Shown here: in pieces, positions 60,446 through 64,000 of the stretch | Numbering within the stretch: the stretch's first letter is position 1 | How the letters are laid out: the number at the start of each line of letters is the position of its first letter | DNA from: Paludibacteraceae bacterium | GTDB taxonomy: Bacteria > Bacteroidota > Bacteroidia > Bacteroidales > Paludibacteraceae | Assembly (NCBI GenBank): GCA_018433525.1 | Contig: JAHDRA010000012.1 | Location: 52,588-116,587, forward strand | Reading direction: 5' to 3' | DNA length: 64,000 nt | Translations under genes and position numbers: made by a program | Notes under the pieces: generated by a model | Databases searched by the model: none | Told to the model about the DNA's origin: nothing | Seen by the model: only the letters and a program-made list of their open reading frames with translations

Positions 60446-60919
60446 ATGAAAAATATGAAAGAAAAATTAATTGTTTTGTTACTTGCTTCGGCATCTTTTA
60501 TGGGATTAAATGCTCAGGTCAGAGGTCAGGCGCTTGGTGTGAGACTGGGATACGGAGGGGAAGTTTCCTATCAGCATCCCTTGAACAGTCAGAACAGAAT
60601 TGAAGGTGATTTGGGATTTTACTACGATCACGGATTCAATTTGGCAGGAGTTTATCAATGGGTTTTTGACTTGTCGGAACTTTCTCCCGGTTTTAACTGG
60701 TATGTTGGCCTGGGACCGCAAATTGGCAGTTGGTCAAAACATAACAATAAAGACTATGATGGACTGGCATTGGGAATTGTTGGACAAATCGGTATTGAAT
60801 TCAATTTCAATATTCCCTTGCAACTTTCATTGGATTATCGTCCCGGCTGGTACGTACTGCCTTCCAGTTACGGAGGAGCATGGGAAGGTATTGCGCTGGG
60901 GGTGAGATATAATTTCTAA
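60446..60919 (+). CDS. Small outer-membrane beta-barrel protein
   Basis: 157 aa with a signal peptide (ASFMGLNAQ). It has alternating aromatic/Gly strands and a terminal aromatic residue (RYNF). Confidence 0.75.
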   Translation: MKNMKEKLIVLLLASASFMGLNAQVRGQALGVRLGYGGEVSYQHPLNSQNRIEGDLGFYYDHGFNLAGVYQWVFDLSELSPGFNWYVGLGPQIGSWSKHNNKDYDGLALGIVGQIGIEFNFNIPLQLSLDYRPGWYVLPSSYGGAWEGIALGVRYNF

Positions 60920-60940
60920 TCAAACGATTCATAAAAAAGA

Positions 60941-60976
60941 AAGACAGATGGGAAAAGTTTCCTGTCTGTCTTTTTT
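60941..60976. terminator. Bidirectional terminator between the OMP gene and secG
   Basis: AAGACAGA...TCTGTCTT with an inner GGAAA/TTTCC stem, followed by TTTT. Confidence 0.6.
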
Positions 60977-61049
60977 GTTTCATGATCGATAAAAAAGCAC
61001 ATCGAATATTCAACGTGCTTTCCAAAATTAAGTTGACTATTTTTTCTAA

Positions 61050-61469
61050 TTATTTTGCAGGTACAACAGGTAATTTTTGAGGAGCCTTCTGCTGATTTCC
61101 GTTATTTTGCTGGCCGCCATTATTGTCTTGCTGATTGTTACCTGCTCCTTGAGTTTCACCAAAATCGGGAGCTACAACGCCCGGTAATTCTTCCTGGGCT
61201 TTTTGATACTGTTCTTTGATTTCGGAATCGCTTCCTCCGGATTTCTGATTGGCGTGAATGCCGGTGGCACCAATGGAAAGCACCACAATGAAAGCAATTA
61301 ATCCCCATGTAGCTTTTTCCAGAAAATCGGCTGTTTTGCGAACTCCCATGTATTGATTGGAAGAAGAAAAACCCGCTGCCAGTCCACCTCCTTTTGAATT
61401 TTGTACCAACACAATAAGTATCAGGAGAATGGAGGCAATTATAATTAAAATAGTAAACAAAAGGTACAT
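61050..61469 (-). CDS. secG: Preprotein translocase subunit SecG with Gln/Asn-rich C-terminal extension
   Basis: 139 aa, starting MYLLFTILIIIASILLILIVLVQNSKGGGLAAGF. The tail reads GAGNNQQDNNGGQQNNGNQQ. Confidence 0.9.
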   Translation of the reverse strand: MYLLFTILIIIASILLILIVLVQNSKGGGLAAGFSSSNQYMGVRKTADFLEKATWGLIAFIVVLSIGATGIHANQKSGGSDSEIKEQYQKAQEELPGVVAPDFGETQGAGNNQQDNNGGQQNNGNQQKAPQKLPVVPAK

Positions 61470-61482
61470 AAAAGTATATTAT

Positions 61483-62139
61483 TTAAATTTTCAAGTTTTC
61501 TATTACTTTTTCCAAGAAACGAATTTGGTCTGCAAAGTAAACACTTTTTTTCGGATTATTCAAATTTAATTTTTTTAAAATTTCCAATGCTTCAGTGTAT
61601 TTTCTGTTCTTAATTAACCTTTTAACCGATTCTTCTGAAATTTCAAGCTCAGGAATGATTTCTTCCGCAAAATATTCCGATTGGAGTGCGGACGATTTTG
61701 TAGACCCTTTCTTCTTAATGGGTTCTTCTTCATCTGGTGCCGGTGGATTTTCCATCACCATAGCTCGCGCTTTTTTCAACTGATCGGCCAAATTTTTCAA
61801 AGTCTGACCTGAATCTCCTCCTTCCTTTTCAACTACATCCAATAAGTCGAAATAAGAACCTGTAAGTTTTCCTTTTTCGGGACGACGATAAACTTCCTTT
61901 GCAAAAACTTCCGGATAAAGAAAATGATAGAGCCAGCGACGTTGAGAAGTATAGACAACTGCAGTTTTAATGGTTTTTTCAAAATGAATACTACCCGACA
62001 CTTGAAGAGCTTTCAGATAAAGCATCCTTGCCTGCGAAAAATAGGGATAATGCTCTACCAAATCTTTTAGATCAGGAGTATGTTCCGATGTAATGCTTTC
62101 GGGATGCTGCAAAAGTGTTAAAAATTCTGCCTGTGTCAT
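61483..62139 (-). CDS. Hypothetical protein
   Basis: 218 aa with no recognised motifs. It is co-directional and tightly spaced with secG. Confidence 0.55.
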   Translation of the reverse strand: MTQAEFLTLLQHPESITSEHTPDLKDLVEHYPYFSQARMLYLKALQVSGSIHFEKTIKTAVVYTSQRRWLYHFLYPEVFAKEVYRRPEKGKLTGSYFDLLDVVEKEGGDSGQTLKNLADQLKKARAMVMENPPAPDEEEPIKKKGSTKSSALQSEYFAEEIIPELEISEESVKRLIKNRKYTEALEILKKLNLNNPKKSVYFADQIRFLEKVIENLKI

Positions 62140-62178
62140 TATTCCTAAATGCTCAAAAAAACCAGAAAAAACATTTCC

Positions 62179-62739
62179 TTACCATTTAGCAACAGTGTCG
62201 TTATAAATATTTTCAGTAATCTCGGTAATAATCGCCTTCACCAACTCTTCCTGCACATCATTCAACATTTTTGAGCTGTCGAAAACCTGAAAAGCCGAAT
62301 AGGTTTTTTCAAAATCATCTGCCGGATTCACCTTATTGGTAAAACGAACCTTAACGGTTACCGTCAGTTTGGTTTCGGAAGCATAGGTGTCGGCACTAAT
62401 GGACATGGGCGTAAGCTGATAGCCGACAATCTCGCCTTCCAAATTCAAATCTCCATTTTGACGGACAAGCCGAAGTTGGGTCTGCTTGGTGTAAATATCG
62501 CGGAGCGCTTCGGAAAACTGCTGCGACAAAGGCGGATAAACCAACTCCGAAACATTTGGAAAGTCGGCAATGGAAATAGTTTTGATTTTAGTGTAATCGA
62601 TAGAAGCTCCATTGAATTTGTATGAAACGGTACAGGAAGCCAAAAGAAGAAAAGTTCCACAAAAAATTGCCGATAATAGTTTGACCGATTTCGTGTTTCT
62701 TCCAAAAAATGAGTTTCTCGGTTTTCTATTCAATTCCAT
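62179..62739 (-). CDS. LptE-like lipoprotein
   Basis: 186 aa with a lipobox (LLLASCTVS). Its size and position downstream of a sigma-54 activator match what I recall for the Bacteroidetes LptE family. It overlaps the upstream gene by 14 nt. Confidence 0.6.
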   Translation of the reverse strand: MELNRKPRNSFFGRNTKSVKLLSAIFCGTFLLLASCTVSYKFNGASIDYTKIKTISIADFPNVSELVYPPLSQQFSEALRDIYTKQTQLRLVRQNGDLNLEGEIVGYQLTPMSISADTYASETKLTVTVKVRFTNKVNPADDFEKTYSAFQVFDSSKMLNDVQEELVKAIITEITENIYNDTVAKW

Positions 62740-64000
62740 ATTCTTTTATTTTGCGGTACAGGGTTCGTTCTGAAATTTTCAATTCTTCAGCAGCTGCTTT
62801 TCTTTTGCCCTTATGCTTTTCGAGCGTCTTCTTTATCATTTGGCGTTCCATATCTTCGAGCGTCATTGGTTCTTGTATATCTTCAATCTCTTGGAATTCA
62901 GCAGCTTCTTCAAAAGAATTTTGTTTGTTTGTATTGGGAAACTGATTTACTTCGCGCCCCAAATTATTGACAGGTTTCATCACGTCCACCGGCACCGGTG
63001 TAGCCGGAACAAAAGTCTCATGCGGAGCAACATAAGAAGACGATAAAGGGAAGTCTTTTTGTAGCAGTTCCTGATTGCCCTGAGCATTCATTAAATTGTA
63101 AACCAGTTTTTTCAGTTCTATCATATCCTGTTTCATGTCGAAAAGCACCTGATAAAGGATTTCTCTCTCGGAAGTGAAAGTTTTCTGATCGCTTCGATGA
63201 TTGGACAACAAAACAGGAAAACGCTCCAATTCATCCTTCGGCAGATATTGTTTCAAAATTTCTGCTGTAATTTCCCGTTGCTGCTCAATGACAGAAATTT
63301 GTTCGGTAATATTTTTAAGTTGCCGAACATTACCATTCCAATAATATTCGGTGAGCAGTTTTTTTGCATCTTCCGTAAGTTTAATGGGTGGCATGTGGTA
63401 TTTTTCGGCAAAATCGGCTGCAAATTTTCTGAACAACAGAACAATATCTTCTTTTCTTTCCCTCAAAGGCGGGACATAAATGGGAACGGTATTTAAACGA
63501 TAATACAAATCTTCCCGAAAACGTCCGTCCCTAACTGCCTGCGTCATGTTCAAATTGGTGGCAGCAATAACACGAACATTGGTTTTCTGAATTTTTGAAG
63601 AACCAACCTTGATAAATTCACCTGTTTCGAGCACACGCAATAAGCGAACCTGAGTGGAAAGCGGTAACTCACCCACTTCATCCAAAAAAATAGTACCTCC
63701 GTCTGCTACTTCAAAATAGCCCTTTCGGTCGGCCATAGCTCCGGTGAATGAACCTTTTTCGTGCCCAAACAGTTCCGAATCAATCGTTCCTTCAGGTATG
63801 GCGCCACAATTGACGGCAATATAAGGTCCGTGTTTGCGATGACTGTAATAATGAATAATTTGAGGAAAATTTTCCTTGCCAACGCCGCTTTCGCCGGTAA
63901 TCAATACCGATAAATCCGTTGGCGCCACCTGAACGGCCACGTCGATAGCCCGATTTAACAATTCAGAATTTCCAATAATTCCAAAACGTTGTTTTACAGC
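62726..64000 (-). CDS. Sigma-54-dependent transcriptional activator (AAA+ plus Fis-type HTH); N-terminus beyond the right edge
   Basis: It has Walker A GESGVGKE, GAFTGA-like GSFTGA, and a C-terminal HTH (AAAEELKISERTLYRKIKEYG). The frame stays open to position 64000 (..AVKQRFGIIGNSELLNRAID). The track start is therefore an internal TTG. Confidence 0.9.
   Translation of the reverse strand, partial: AVKQRFGIIGNSELLNRAIDVAVQVAPTDLSVLITGESGVGKENFPQIIHYYSHRKHGPYIAVNCGAIPEGTIDSELFGHEKGSFTGAMADRKGYFEVADGGTIFLDEVGELPLSTQVRLLRVLETGEFIKVGSSKIQKTNVRVIAATNLNMTQAVRDGRFREDLYYRLNTVPIYVPPLRERKEDIVLLFRKFAADFAEKYHMPPIKLTEDAKKLLTEYYWNGNVRQLKNITEQISVIEQQREITAEILKQYLPKDELERFPVLLSNHRSDQKTFTSEREILYQVLFDMKQDMIELKKLVYNLMNAQGNQELLQKDFPLSSSYVAPHETFVPATPVPVDVMKPVNNLGREVNQFPNTNKQNSFEEAAEFQEIEDIQEPMTLEDMERQMIKKTLEKHKGKRKAAAEELKISERTLYRKIKEYGIE

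Overview
This is a low-GC Bacteroidota (Bacteroidia-like) chromosomal segment, mostly core genome.

**Left third**
- A cobalamin riboswitch controls a TonB-dependent receptor that runs off the left edge. The receptor is missing from the ORF track because it has no in-window stop.
- gcvT follows, then a four-gene SusC/SusD operon with two small lipoproteins and no glycoside hydrolase.
- Next come a GH31 glycosidase, pheS, a DUF2461/YhcH/GH13 branching-enzyme group, a HIT protein and greA.

**Middle**
- A tightly packed seven-gene minus-strand operon (21862-27541) combines a DsrE-like protein, a TusA sulfur carrier, an MvhD-like subunit, two HdrA-like flavoproteins, a small winged-helix-like protein and a QmoC-like FeS/membrane subunit.
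- After it come recO, tRNA-Glu, rpsT, upp, an acyl-CoA ligase, an XRE-cupin regulator, proC and gap.

**Right half**
- The complete str/S10/spc/alpha ribosomal protein supercluster runs rpsL to rplQ. It includes rpmJ and rpmD, which are too short for the ORF track.
- Beyond it are argS, tmRNA, rny, zapA, ispG, secG, an LptE-like lipoprotein and a partial sigma-54 activator.

**Signals worth a second look**
1. A ~100-bp module is present twice (2390-2496 and 20284-20391). It encodes a 23-codon cysteine-rich small ORF. Its differences between copies are mostly synonymous, and its ATG sits inside a conserved inverted repeat.
2. The Qmo/Hdr-like operon with TusA and DsrE has no CCG-domain subunit and no apr, sat or dsr genes in the window.
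3. The ORF-poor, coding-like-GC stretch between pheS and the GH31 gene (13449-14146) looks like a decayed group IIC intron with its ORF deleted.

No CRISPR array, rRNA or intact transposase was seen.
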